From IMG/VR virus record IMGVR_UViG_2061766007_004331: DNA of 46,080 bases, one strand, 5' to 3'. Numbering within the stretch: position 1 is the first letter of the stretch; every line of letters begins with the position of its first letter. A program made the position numbers and the translations under genes. The notes below the pieces were generated by a model. That model was given only the letters and a program-made list of their open reading frames with translations, was not told the DNA's origin and made no database searches. This document shows positions 30,016 through 40,980 of this stretch, piece after piece. The stretch comes from an uncultured virus (IMG/VR IMGVR_UViG_2061766007_004331) (lineage: Duplodnaviria > Heunggongvirae > Uroviricota > Caudoviricetes).

Positions 30016-31399
30016 GTGTCAGAGCACGTTTATATCGCCATCGATATGAAGTCGTTCTACGCCAGTGTCGAATGTGTATACCGTGAACTAGACCCACTAA
30101 AGGCCAACCTCCTGGTGGCTGACCCAACTCGATCTGATCAGACCATCTGCCTGGCGGTAAGCCCCTCTCTGAAGGCAAAGGGCGTGCCTAGTAGACCAAG
30201 GCTCTTTGAAGCAAAGCAGGCCATTCGTCTCTGGGAGGCACAGCACCATGAGAAGATTTCCTATCTGATTGCTGTACCGCGAATGGCGGAGTATGAACGG
30301 GTATCGGCACAGATATATTCGATCTTTCTCAAGTATGCCGCCCCGGAGGATATACATGTGTATAGCATCGATGAAAGCTTCATTGACTGCACGCCGTATC
30401 TCCACTTCTATCAGGTTGAAGCCAGGAAACAAGGCGTAGAGGCTGCTCATGTGATGGCCATGACGATGATTCGGGATGTGCTCAAAGAGACAGGCATTAC
30501 CGCGACCGTTGGAATTGGGACAAACCTCTATCTGGCCAAGGTAGCCATGGACATCGTGGCAAAGAAGGCACAGCCGGACAAAGATGGCGTCCGCATTGCA
30601 GAGCTGAACGAGGACAGCTATAAGTTTCTGTTATGGGATCATCGTCCGCTGACGGATTTCTGGCAGATAGGACCGGGTAAAGCACGCAGGCTGATGGACG
30701 CAGCGATGCTCACCATGGGTGATGTGGCAGCCAGATCCCAATATAATGAGGAGTGGTTCTATAAGACCTTCGGCATTGACGGCGAGATTCTGATTGACCA
30801 TGCCTGGGGAGTAGAGCCGGTGACGATGAAGGACATTAAGGGTTATAAGACAGACAGCCACAGCCTGTCCAATGGCCAGGTTCTACCAAGACCCTATGAG
30901 TATCTGGAAGCCAGGAATGTCTTTCTGGAGATGATCGATGTCCTATGCGCCGATATGTACAAAAAAAGATTGCTTGCTCCCGTGTTCACGTGGTGGGTTG
31001 CCTATGACTATAAAAGCCTGGAAAAGGTGCCGAATTATGACGGCCCTGTTGGTGTTGATTTCTACGGGCGGCTGCATCCATGCCATAACGGAGGAACAGT
31101 CAATCTGGTCATGCGNNNNNNNNNNNNNNNNNNNNNNNNNNNNNNNNNNNNNNNNNNNNNNNNNNNNNNNNNNNNNNNNNNNNNNNNNNNNNNNNNNNNN
31201 NNNNNNNNNNNNNNNNGGTTGCATTCAGCTTGATCTCTTTACAGACTACCAAGCGCTGGACAGAGAAAAACGCATTCAAGGTGCCATGCTGGAGGTCAGA
31301 ATGAGGTTCGGGGCTAATGCTGTTTTTAATGGAAAGAATCTGATGGAGGGTGCAACAACCCTGGAACGTAATCAACAAATCGGCGGGCATCGTGCCTGA
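30016..31399 (+). CDS. Y-family DNA polymerase (UmuC/ImpB/UvrX-like)
   Basis: IAIDMKSFYASVE, YSIDESF, GIGTNLYLAK, QLDLF clamp motif, QIGGHRA end. Confidence 0.92.
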
Positions 31400-31412
31400 T
31401 GGGGGTGATGGG

Positions 31413-31955
31413 ATGATTGGCTATATGACAATGCCAGCAGACTTCAAGTACAAGAGCATTTTCCTGAAAGGCCAGCCTCAGCATAAGGAATATGACCCCT
31501 TTCGCCGTAAGCACCCTTCTATGGAGCACGGGCGGCGGGCCAAGATCTTTGCTCCCTTCGACGCCCTGAAAGGTTTCAGCGATGCAGTCGCCTCCAAGGA
31601 AACATTCTATGAAAACCAAAGGGAGCTAGACGAAGAAGATAAAGAACAGATCGACCACCGTCTTGGCGTATTGCGTAGGCTAACATTCAATAGCAGCCTG
31701 GCTAGAGATAATCATGTGGTAATCACCGTGACTTATTTTGTCCCGTGTACAGATCCGACAAACGCAGCCTATGGCAGCCGGGGACAGTATGTAACGTTAA
31801 CAGGTATGTGTCAGCGGGTTGGGCTGCATCACCTGTATGTAGGTACGGAGAAGGTTTCTTTCAGAGATATTGTTTCTATAGAAGGGGAAGCTTTCAAAAA
31901 CGAGTGGGATGAATACTGTGAGTATGAGGACACTGGTTGGGATGATGCTGTATGA
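31413..31955 (+). CDS. YolD-like protein
   Basis: HPSM..RAKIFAPFDALKGF, VTYF; follows the Y-family polymerase. Confidence 0.8.
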   Translation: MIGYMTMPADFKYKSIFLKGQPQHKEYDPFRRKHPSMEHGRRAKIFAPFDALKGFSDAVASKETFYENQRELDEEDKEQIDHRLGVLRRLTFNSSLARDNHVVITVTYFVPCTDPTNAAYGSRGQYVTLTGMCQRVGLHHLYVGTEKVSFRDIVSIEGEAFKNEWDEYCEYEDTGWDDAV

Positions 31956-32492
31956 GCGATAAACCTGGATTGGGTCCAAGTCCAATAGAGGTGAAGGCAG
32001 CAAGAAAGAAACAAGCTGCCCTTACCGAGGAGGAGAAACGGAGACATCGGTGCTGCTTTGCGGGCCACAGACCGGACGGTATCAGGCGTCCTTTAGATGA
32101 TGTGAAGGTTGATCTGGAAAACGCGATTATGACCGCAATCACTGAAGGCTATATGAGTTTCATCACCGGCATGTGTTGGGGGATCGATATTTGGGCTGGG
32201 GAAATCGTCATCAGATTGAAAAAACAGTATGCAGGAATTCGGCTAATCGCGGCAGTGCCTTATCCGGAGTTTCCAGACAATTGGTCTCAAGAGTGGCGGG
32301 TTAAATACAAACAGCTTCTGGATCACGCAGATGTGGTAAAGGTNNNNNNNNNNNNNNNNGATGAGAAATATCTGGATGGTTGACCATAGCGCAAAACTCA
32401 TCGCAGTCAGCAACGGTCAGAGAAGCGGAACACAGAATACGATCTGGTATGCCAGAAAACAACATGTAATTGTAAAAACCATTAAAGCATAA
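31952..32492 (+). CDS. SLOG family protein (YpsA/DUF1273-like)
   Basis: CCFAGHRP, FITGMCWGID, LIAAVPY; after the gap RNIWMVDHS..SGTQNTIWYA. Confidence 0.85.
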
Positions 32493-32535
32493 ACAATCTT
32501 GAATAAAAACGTTTTTATACTGGAGGATCAACTGT

Positions 32536-33120
32536 ATGAAGAAAATACCAACCTTGTTCCATAGGGAATTTGAAGGGCATAAGGTGGTTTCCATAGACCA
32601 GAACGTAGCGCCTGCCTTCGAATGGGTCCTGGCCGGTGAAGGCCTTGCCACAGAGAAAATTGATGGTGCCTGTTGTGCCGTGATCGATGGTGTATTCTAT
32701 AAGCGTTATGACGCCAAGAAAGATAAGCATGGAAACCTGAAGATCCCGCCAGAAGGAGCTATCCCGTGTGACGATCCAGATCTGATCACAGGGCATTGGC
32801 CTCATTGGCTCAAAATAGATGAGAACAATCCTGCCGACCGGTGGTTCATCGATGCATATGAACGGACATCCTGTGGCGAGCGGCTGGAGGATGGCACCTA
32901 TGAAGCTATCGGTCCGCACTTTCAGTCGAATCCTTATAAGCTGAATGTCGATGTCCTGCAGAGACACGGAGCAGTGACCCTTGATCTACCCGACCGGAGC
33001 TTTGAGGGAATCAAGGAATACCTAAGAACACATAACATTGAGGGTATCGTGTTCTGGAAGGACGAAAAGCCTCAGTGTAAAATCAAGCGTAAGGATTTCG
33101 GATTCAAATGGCCTAAATAG
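32536..33120 (+). CDS. RLIG1/C12orf29-like (DUF5565) nucleotidyltransferase, putative RNA ligase
   Basis: TEKIDGACC (KxDG motif I), GHWPHW, TYEAIG..NPY, IEGIVF, KIKR..FGFKWP. Confidence 0.75.
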   Translation: MKKIPTLFHREFEGHKVVSIDQNVAPAFEWVLAGEGLATEKIDGACCAVIDGVFYKRYDAKKDKHGNLKIPPEGAIPCDDPDLITGHWPHWLKIDENNPADRWFIDAYERTSCGERLEDGTYEAIGPHFQSNPYKLNVDVLQRHGAVTLDLPDRSFEGIKEYLRTHNIEGIVFWKDEKPQCKIKRKDFGFKWPK

Positions 33121-33308
33121 CACAATTGTGAAGAAATGCTTGCCAGACAGAGGTCCAAATGTGATATTGATGTAATTGTGTGACAGAGCAAGGTGACAGC
33201 TTTTGTTCTTTATCTCCTGCAATTTTGCAGTTAAGGAAAGTTTCACTTGACATTGAGTTGAGGAACTCATCTTGTCTGAACTCATTTATTCATGATTTCA
33301 TTTTCTAC

Positions 33309-33373
33309 TTGACAGCAGCTTGTAGCAATGCTATTATTTTGACAAACATCCGCAAAAATAAAAGTTTTGCGGA
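33309..33373 (+). promoter_or_regulatory. sigma-A promoter and inverted-repeat operator of the abiEi-like gene
   Basis: TTGACA-17-TATTAT; TCCGCAAAA-N7-TTTTGCGGA at 33349-33373. Confidence 0.7.
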
Positions 33374-33399
33374 CAATGATCGAATTGGGGGCGATTGCA

Positions 33400-33948
33400 T
33401 TGTCACAGCTGTTATCAAGACAAGAGTGTCTTTCCCGCTTTGGCTCGGACTATTTCATTGAACAGCAAATCGCTGCCGGTAATTTGTTCAGGCTGGAAAA
33501 TGGTGTATTCGCCGAACAGAAACATGTTCCGGACAACGCAATTATCTCCCATCGGTATCCACACGGTGTGATAACACTTCTCAGCGCCTTTTATCACTAT
33601 GGCCTGACGGATGTGATTCCTGAAGCCTGTGATTTAGCAACGAGTCGGAATGCGGCGAAGATTCGAGATGCCCGGGTAAGACAGTATTTCGTTCCTGATG
33701 AGGTTTTGTACCATGGCGCGGTCATGGATCAGGAACATGACTATCCGATCCGAATATACAGCAGGGAGAGACTGCTCGTCGAACTATTGCGTTATAAGAG
33801 TAAGCTGCCATTTGACTTGTATAAAGAGGTGTTGCTGAGCTTCCGAAAAATCATAACTCAATTGAATATGCAGAACATTCAGGATTATGCCATGGCTATG
33901 CCTAAGCGGAAGATGATCATGGAAGCGCTGCAAATGGAGGTACTATGA
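33400..33948 (+). CDS. type IV TA antitoxin, AbiEi-like (start uncertain, 33376 or 33400)
   Basis: LFRLENGVF wHTH, ITLLSAFYHYGLTDVIP, IYSRERLLVELLR. Confidence 0.8.
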   Translation: MSQLLSRQECLSRFGSDYFIEQQIAAGNLFRLENGVFAEQKHVPDNAIISHRYPHGVITLLSAFYHYGLTDVIPEACDLATSRNAAKIRDARVRQYFVPDEVLYHGAVMDQEHDYPIRIYSRERLLVELLRYKSKLPFDLYKEVLLSFRKIITQLNMQNIQDYAMAMPKRKMIMEALQMEVL

Positions 33949-34045
33949 AGATGAATGACACTGTATGTGACGAGGGCTAAAAACATGTCGCAATTGTGAA
34001 GATTACCATGAGTGAATCATATCATGATTATACAGAGTTTAAGAA

Positions 34046-35353
34046 TTAATCTCTTAAACAGCCTATGGGAATAACGTGAACACCCGACTGAGTTGTGTAA
34101 GCCATTGTGGCGTTAGCACAAATGATGATCAGTGCCGAAGGATCATTGTATGTGGCACGAGGATGAGCCGGATCAGCTAATGCTTTTTCATTGTATGCTT
34201 GTATCATGCTCTTGAACTTTAACAAGTTTTTTTCTGCAGACGGAACAGCGGTTTCTCCAACTTTAATCTCAATGAGAGCATATCTGCCATCAGCATTCTG
34301 GTAGACTGCGTCTGATTCCATGCCGCTGTCATCTGTGTAGTGCAATATGCGGGCATCACGTGCCTCTGCATAGACGCACAGATCTCGGAGTACTAAGTTT
34401 TCAAAGACGTGGCCGAAAAGATCAAGATCATTGTGAAAGTATTTCGGATTCAAGCCGAGAGCAGCAATTCCGATGGAAGGATCGACAAATATGTGTTTCT
34501 TTGCACTTCGAATTGCTGTTTTGGAGCGGATCTGAGGCATCCAAGCATCGATGTCCCGAATGACAAAAAGGTTTTCAAGAACTGAAATGTATGACGCCAG
34601 TGTCACGTCTGTTACTTGTGCGGTAGATTGTACATCCGCGTAGATCGTGCTTTTTTTGACAGTCGTTGCCATATTACGAGCATAGGACCATAGCAAAGCC
34701 CGTGTCCATTCTGGATTTCGCTTGACACCATCTACAGCACTTACATCTTTGTCGATGATCTGGCGATAGTAATCCTTGGCTATTTCAAGCTTGGCTTCTC
34801 GATCAGGGATAGCCAGACATCTCGGCCAGCCTCCTCGACAGACGGAATAGAACAGATCTTCGAGGGTAAGACTGGACTGCTTTCCTGCAATCTGGGGTAC
34901 AGGATTGTCAAAGAGCGATGATATCGATATGGATCCATTTGATTCGCCAGTTTCGAATAGTGTCATGGGATACATGACAATTTCGGAAATACGACCCGTA
35001 CCAGTGTGGGGTGTTTCGCCCCTGCGACTGGTTGAGCCGGTGAGGAAAAACTCACCCAGTGCTTCTGGACGATCATCACAATCTTTGCGTACAGCACCCC
35101 AGACTTTCGGAGCATCCTGCCATTCGTCAAACAGAATAGGCTTTGGATTATCAAAGAAGAGTTTTGGGGAGACATTGGCAACTGCTAAGTAACCGTCGCG
35201 TTTGTCCTCATCTTGAAATTCAATGAAAGTTTTGCAACGTTCTTTCGCGGTTCGTGTTTTTCCACAGCCCTTAGGTCCGAGTATATTGATTGCATTGAAG
35301 GCCTTTGTTCTCTGATCGATGGTTTTGTCAACGATGCGGTTTACATACTCCAC
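34046..35353 (-). CDS. AAA_14 ATPase with DUF4143
   Basis: GPKGCGKT, LFDEWQ, FLTGS, GGWP, FVDPS, ESDAV..LIEIK, IPIGCL. Confidence 0.9.
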   Translation of the reverse strand: MEYVNRIVDKTIDQRTKAFNAINILGPKGCGKTRTAKERCKTFIEFQDEDKRDGYLAVANVSPKLFFDNPKPILFDEWQDAPKVWGAVRKDCDDRPEALGEFFLTGSTSRRGETPHTGTGRISEIVMYPMTLFETGESNGSISISSLFDNPVPQIAGKQSSLTLEDLFYSVCRGGWPRCLAIPDREAKLEIAKDYYRQIIDKDVSAVDGVKRNPEWTRALLWSYARNMATTVKKSTIYADVQSTAQVTDVTLASYISVLENLFVIRDIDAWMPQIRSKTAIRSAKKHIFVDPSIGIAALGLNPKYFHNDLDLFGHVFENLVLRDLCVYAEARDARILHYTDDSGMESDAVYQNADGRYALIEIKVGETAVPSAEKNLLKFKSMIQAYNEKALADPAHPRATYNDPSALIIICANATMAYTTQSGVHVIPIGCLRD

Positions 35354-35384
35354 GGGTCATCACCTCGGATTCACTTTACACCCA

Positions 35385-35472
35385 TTTTTGATTTTTCGCA
35401 AGTTTTATTTTGCTTTTTTCGTTGATTTTGTTTTTGAAAATTCGTCGATTGTGTTTTGAATAATTCGTGATT
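35385..35472 (-). repeat. 4 degenerate direct repeats at 23-bp period upstream of the ATPase
   Basis: TTCG cores at 35395, 35418, 35441, 35464, each preceded by a TTTTG tract. Confidence 0.7.
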
Positions 35473-35618
35473 CCTTCTTTGACTTATGAGAATGAAAAGA
35501 AAAAGGTCAAGTTTCCTAAGCCTATCAAAGGCTTTTTTTCATGCGAAACGATGGTCAGAACCCTTGGTAATATGTAAAAAAATAACAGAAACATAAGAAA
35601 TGTATGCCCTGATGGGCG

Positions 35619-35660
35619 TTGACTTATCTCAAAAAAAGAGCGTATATGTCACTGATCATT
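35619..35660 (+). promoter_or_regulatory. conserved element promoter TTGACTT-N12-GAGCGTATATGTCACTGATC
   Basis: matches 45712-45752 and 3185-3219. Confidence 0.65.
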
Positions 35661-35700
35661 TACGGAAGCAACAGTGATATGAAGCGCTTCCCGCAGAAGG

Positions 35701-36567
35701 ATGGTGACAGAATTGGGTATTATCAGAGCAACGGCAAAACCATACTACTACACGAGATTGGAGCAGGCGCCACCTATGATCCCTGAAGTAGAGCCGCTGG
35801 CAACGGGGTTGATCAGTCTCTCGTTTGGTGTGGCTGGCACAGGTTACTACCTCAGGAGTCACCAGCAAAAGAAGATCGAGAGTATTCTTTCTCCTNNNNN
35901 NNNNNNNNNNNGCGATAACCGGGGCTTTTATACCTGGGGTGCACAGTACGCTGCAACGGTGGATCGCCTTGTCACTACCAAGCGGGCTGACATTACGCTC
36001 GTGGGTAACCGGATCCAGACGGGGCGGATTCCATTGATGGAGATAGGAAAATACAAAGCCTTGATCGATGCTCTGCAAGCAAAGGGATTTACCCCGGAAG
36101 GAGACATACAAGTTACTTACTATCCGACGCTGACAGACAGGAACAAGACCGTTCACCTTCTGCCCAATCTGGTCAACATCATCGAAGCCAGACGGTCACT
36201 CATCGAACAAGCACTGTCTCTGCAAGCTCCGCTGGAAATCCTCATAACGCCCGAACCTGGACTGGCACTCAGTATCTCGCTGAGTGCTTTTTCATACCCT
36301 GTTATAGAGGCGGCNNNNNNNNNNNNNNNNNNNNNNNNNATGGCACAGACTACAGGCAAAGCGAGGATGAAACCTTGTGATGGCAGTAACCCGAAATATC
36401 AGATGCGATCTTGGCTGCTAAGGCTTGGTTTTATTGGAGATGAATTTGAGCGGCCCAGGAAAACACTTCTGGCTGGATTGGAGGGAGACACTGCCTTCTA
36501 TACAGCCGGCCAGAAAGAAGCATACATGACCAAGCGGCGTATAAAACGCCTGAACGATACCACTTAG
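35701..36567 (+). CDS. protein with the C-terminal domain shared by phage amidoligase/'virulence-related' proteins
   Basis: NPKYQMRSWLLRLGFIGDEFERPRKTLLAGLEGDTAF. Confidence 0.7.
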   Translation: MVTELGIIRATAKPYYYTRLEQAPPMIPEVEPLATGLISLSFGVAGTGYYLRSHQQKKIESILSPXXXXXXDNRGFYTWGAQYAATVDRLVTTKRADITLVGNRIQTGRIPLMEIGKYKALIDALQAKGFTPEGDIQVTYYPTLTDRNKTVHLLPNLVNIIEARRSLIEQALSLQAPLEILITPEPGLALSISLSAFSYPVIEAXXXXXXXXXMAQTTGKARMKPCDGSNPKYQMRSWLLRLGFIGDEFERPRKTLLAGLEGDTAFYTAGQKEAYMTKRRIKRLNDTT

Positions 36568-36660
36568 GCAGCATCCGCGTCTTCGGCGGAGAGGGCTGTG
36601 GGATAATCAGTCTATAAAGCTATAGATCACACGAAGCGACGGTAACGGAGGAATGAACCA

Positions 36661-37842
36661 GTGAAAAGATATGAAAGGGACACCCGAAGGGGTGAAGTGG
36701 AAATACACCACTTTGAACCGACAAAACGAGTGAATCAGAAGGACATAAAAAGGGTGGCGGCTTATTGCCGCGTCAGCACGCTGGATGAGGAACAGGAATT
36801 GTCTTTCGAGACACAGCGTGCCTATTATGAAAACCTGATTGCTCAGGATCCCGGTATGGTTCTTGTTCGGGTGTATGGTGATCAGGGACGCTCGGGACTT
36901 CATACCGATAAACGTATTGAGTTTAAACAAATGCTTCGTGATGCCCTGGACGGCAAAATCGATGTGATTATGGTCAAATCAATCAGCCGATTCTCGAGGA
37001 ATACCGTGGACTGCCTGAGTATTCTCAAGCAATTCAAGGAAAAGGGCATTCAGGTGATATTCGAGAAGGAAGGGCTGAACAGCCTTGATCCCAAGACAGA
37101 AATGGTGCTTTCAATCTTTTCGTCCATCGCGCAAAACGAGTCAGCCAATATCAGCGAAAATGTCCGATGGGCCTTGGAGTATCGAAATAGAAGCGGATGT
37201 CCAAGCCGGTTGGCTCCTTATGGATATAGAAGCAAAAGGCAACTGAAGATGAAGGGAATCGAGCTCCCCGAAAATGAAAATGATCTGCGAGATACTTCAA
37301 AGCACAACTGGGTGATAGAACCAAATGAGGCTGAACGGATAAAAATGATGTTTACTATGGCTTCCCAGGGGTACAGTATAACCAGGATCACTGAAAAACT
37401 GAACCAGCTAGAGAAACAAAAAGGATCGGGGTACATGTGGAACAATGCACATGTGGTCAACCTTCTCAGAAACGAGGCATACCGAGGTGATGTCCTGACA
37501 GATAAATCCGTACAACCAGATTACTTGGTGAAAAAGCGTACATTAAACAGGGGCCAGGCGGATCAGTATTACATTGAAAATCATCATCCTGCAATCGTGG
37601 AGCCAGCAGTATTTGAGAGAGTGCAGGAATTGCTGAAAAATGATGTGCTGTTTGTGAATCGAACTAAGAAGATACGGGCTTATATGGATGCCCACCCAGA
37701 GATGAAACTACCAGGTGTTGAGATGGGTTGGACAAAAACAGAGAAGCCCAAGGCTTCAAAGAAATCAAAGCGATCAGCATCGCATCAGCCTGCCCTACAG
37801 AATAATGGCTGTAGAGTCATGGAAAGGAACGCGGCCCAGTGA
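36661..37842 (+). CDS. large serine recombinase 1
   Basis: VAAYCRVST, KSISRFSRN, PYGY, LRNEAYRGD, HHPAIV. Confidence 0.92.
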   Translation: MKRYERDTRRGEVEIHHFEPTKRVNQKDIKRVAAYCRVSTLDEEQELSFETQRAYYENLIAQDPGMVLVRVYGDQGRSGLHTDKRIEFKQMLRDALDGKIDVIMVKSISRFSRNTVDCLSILKQFKEKGIQVIFEKEGLNSLDPKTEMVLSIFSSIAQNESANISENVRWALEYRNRSGCPSRLAPYGYRSKRQLKMKGIELPENENDLRDTSKHNWVIEPNEAERIKMMFTMASQGYSITRITEKLNQLEKQKGSGYMWNNAHVVNLLRNEAYRGDVLTDKSVQPDYLVKKRTLNRGQADQYYIENHHPAIVEPAVFERVQELLKNDVLFVNRTKKIRAYMDAHPEMKLPGVEMGWTKTEKPKASKKSKRSASHQPALQNNGCRVMERNAAQ

Positions 37843-39553
37843 GCACAAACGTATACAATGATATTCTCAAAAACACGGCGGCAGGCAATCAAAGACAAAC
37901 ACCTCAGTTGACTGTCATTGAGCCAATGAAGCGGGAACTAGGCCCGGTCAAAGTGGCTGCATACTGTCGTGTCAGTACGGACATGGAGATCCNNNNNNNN
38001 NNNNNNNNNNNNNNATCGAAGCCTACAAGCGAATTATTAGCGAACATCCCGGCTGGGTACTTTCGGGCATTTATGCTGACAAAGGAATCAGCGGTACGCT
38101 GGTTCGCCGGAGGACAGAATTCCTTCGCATGATCCAGGATGCCAAGGATGGAAAGATCAATTACATCCTGGCAAAGTCTATCAGCCGATTTTCCCGCAAT
38201 ACCGTGGATGCCCTGGAATATATCCGTTTGCTTAAAAACCTCGGTGTGTCAGTATATTTTGAAAAAGAGCATCTCGATACAGGATCAACTACTTCAGAGC
38301 TGATCCTATCCATACTGGCGGCTACCGCTCAGGNNNNNNNNNNNNNNNNNNNNNNNNNNGAAGACGCATGCGCGCTGAGGATGGAATAGCCACATGGGCA
38401 CGTACTTATGGGTACAGGATGGTGAAAGCTAGCACTGGCGGTCGATACTCGGATAAGGCTTCGGAGCAATGGATCATATGCGATGAAGAAGCCAAGGTAA
38501 TCAGACGGATTTTTCAGGAGTTTATTGAAGGATGGAGTTCAACCGAAATCAGCAAGCACCTTAATGATGATGGCGTTCCGACATCAAGGGGTTACGGGAA
38601 ATGGGCATCAGCTACGATTTCCCGGATCCTGAGCAGCGAAAAATACATGGGTGACGTGTTGCTGATGAAGTACTATGTGAAAGACCCTATACAACATATA
38701 CGCGTCAGGAATCAGGGAGTGGTGAAACAATACTATATTAAAGATCATCACCCGGCTATCATTGACAGAGAAACAGCGGTAATGGCAAAAAAGGTGGCAG
38801 CGCTAAGAGACAATCATAACGGTACGACTCAGTATCCGTTTTATGGCTTGCTTAAGTGTCCGCTCTGTGGTGAGAACATGGTACGAGTGCCTGCCTTTCT
38901 GGATAATCGGTTTTATGTGTGGACATGCGGAGGGAAAGCACCGGAAGAAACGGTGAGAGCTAAAGGAATAGATACTATGCGGGGAGTAGCAACACCGGAG
39001 ACCGGTGATAGCACAAGTGATTATGCGGAATTTAAACGTGAAAAACGNNNNNNNNNNNNNNNNNNNNNNNNNNNNNNNNNNNNNNNNNNNNNNNNNNNNN
39101 NNNNNNNNNNNNNNNNNNNNNNNNNNNNNNNNNNNNNNNAAGCACATAGCAGAAGGAGAGGCAGTACTGTTGGCTCTTGGAAATATGCGACTCTCAATTA
39201 TAGAAAGCTCATTACCGCCGTGGATAGTATAACGCTTCCAACCTGGGAGAGTGTAAAAGTGAAATGGGCAGAGGGAGAATCAACTACTGTCCCGCTGACC
39301 ATCAATCAACGAAAGCGTCCAAACCCTGTTGCTTCAGCCAAGGATGCCGATGTATCAGGCGAAAGCATAACCAGAGTTACGGATGCCGTTCAGAATACAA
39401 TCANNNNNNNNNNAATCAGGCGAAAGCATAACCAGAGTTACGGATGCCGTTCAGAATACAATCATCATTGATGGGGAGTTGGTTCCCAAGGTCTATGGAA
39501 TTGATTCAACACGAAATGAAGAACGAGAATTTTGGAAAGAGGCAAGTTCCTAA
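37839..39553 (+). CDS. large serine recombinase 2 (spans gaps)
   Basis: VAAYCRVST, KSISRFSRN, ILSSEKYMGD, Zn ribbon CPLCG; end re-framed through the duplicated gap edge to TAA at 39551-39553. Confidence 0.88.
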
Positions 39554-39648
39554 GTGTTGGTGGACAAGACGGAAACCTGCCGGATAAACTACTGACACGT
39601 CTGCGCTCAAATTGTAAGATTATGTAGCCCTTTGAAGGAGATGGGTTA

Positions 39649-40880
39649 GTGCCAAGCGTTAGATTGATCAAGGCTAAGCAAATAAAAAAGAAAGTCGCAG
39701 CATATGCCCGTGTCAGTACTTTGATGGAGGAACAAGAGGAAAGCTACGAGACGCAGCGGAATTATTATGAAGCCTTCATCCAACAAAATCCCGACTGGGA
39801 GTTNNNNNNNNNNCCAGCGGAATTATTATGAAGCCTTCATCCAACAAAATCCCGACTGGGAGTTTGCAGGTATTTATGCGGACAAGGGCATTTCAGGCAC
39901 ATCTGCCAGGAAACGCCAGGAGTTCCTGCGGATGATAGAGTCTGCCAGATCCGGAGAAATCAATCTCATCCTGTGCAAGTCTATCTCCAGGTTCTCCAGA
40001 AATGTTGTTGACACACAGCGGTATGTTCATGAGCTGAAAAGCATGAACGTAGAAGTGAGGTTTGAAAAAGAAGGAATCAGTTCCTTTGATGCGAGCGCAG
40101 ACCTGATCTTTTCTGTAATGGCCGCTGCTGCGGAGATGGAGAGCAGGAGTATTTCAGAAAACGTAAAATGGGGTATTCGGAAACGCCAGGAAGCAGGCAC
40201 CTATCACGTTGGGTCCAATCATATGCTGGGATACGATGAGATTGGTGGAAAGCTGACGCCAAACGAGGATNNNNNNNNNNNAAGAATATGCCAGCAACAT
40301 TCCTCTCAGTGATATATTGCGCCATTTGGAAGAGAAAGGTGCAAAAAGACTTCGAGTAGACAAGCCCTTCTGCCCATCAGTTGTACTGGCATTACTCAAG
40401 AATGAAGTGTATGTTGGGGATCGAAGACTACAGAAAACAGCACCATGTAATGTGTTGACAAAAAAGCCTGACCTATCCGTTGCCTATACCAGTCGCTACT
40501 TCTATGATACACATGAACCAATTGTGGCTAAGCATGTATGGGATGCAGTTCAAGAAAGATTGGAGAGGGAAAACGCTGCCCGTCAAGCAGGAATCCATCG
40601 GAAAAAGTATTCTCATATACTTTATGGAAAAGTGTTTTGTGCGGAATGTGGGCAGGTATATTCAAGACATACAGCCAGGGGAAAAGATGGCCTTTACAAA
40701 ATCTGGCAGTGTAATGGGCGGATCAAAAAGATTGGCTGTCATAATAGACACATCAGGGANNNNNNNNNNNNAAAAAGGACTTGGCTGGGAAAATGGATTG
40801 GTAGTGTCCGGCGAAAAACTGGATTTTGATGAGTGGACTTTTATTGAGAAGGTAAACAAGGTCTTCGTCAAGATTGATGA
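39649..40880 (+). CDS. large serine recombinase 3 (3' end in or after gap)
   Basis: VAAYARVST, KSISRFSRN, LKNEVYVGD, CAECG. Confidence 0.88.
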
Positions 40881-40980
40881 NNNNNNNNNNNNNNNNNNNN
40901 NNNNNNNNNNNNNNNNNNNNNNNNNNNGCACTGGCTGTTTACTTTTTGATATATAATATAAACATCTGGAGGTGCGCATT

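Noticed and set aside
4194..40880. Apparent frameshifts in the ATPase, metK, nrdG, Y-polymerase, SLOG and recombinases
   Set aside because: Each frame change coincides with a gap of estimated length; no evidence of pseudogenisation or programmed frameshifting.
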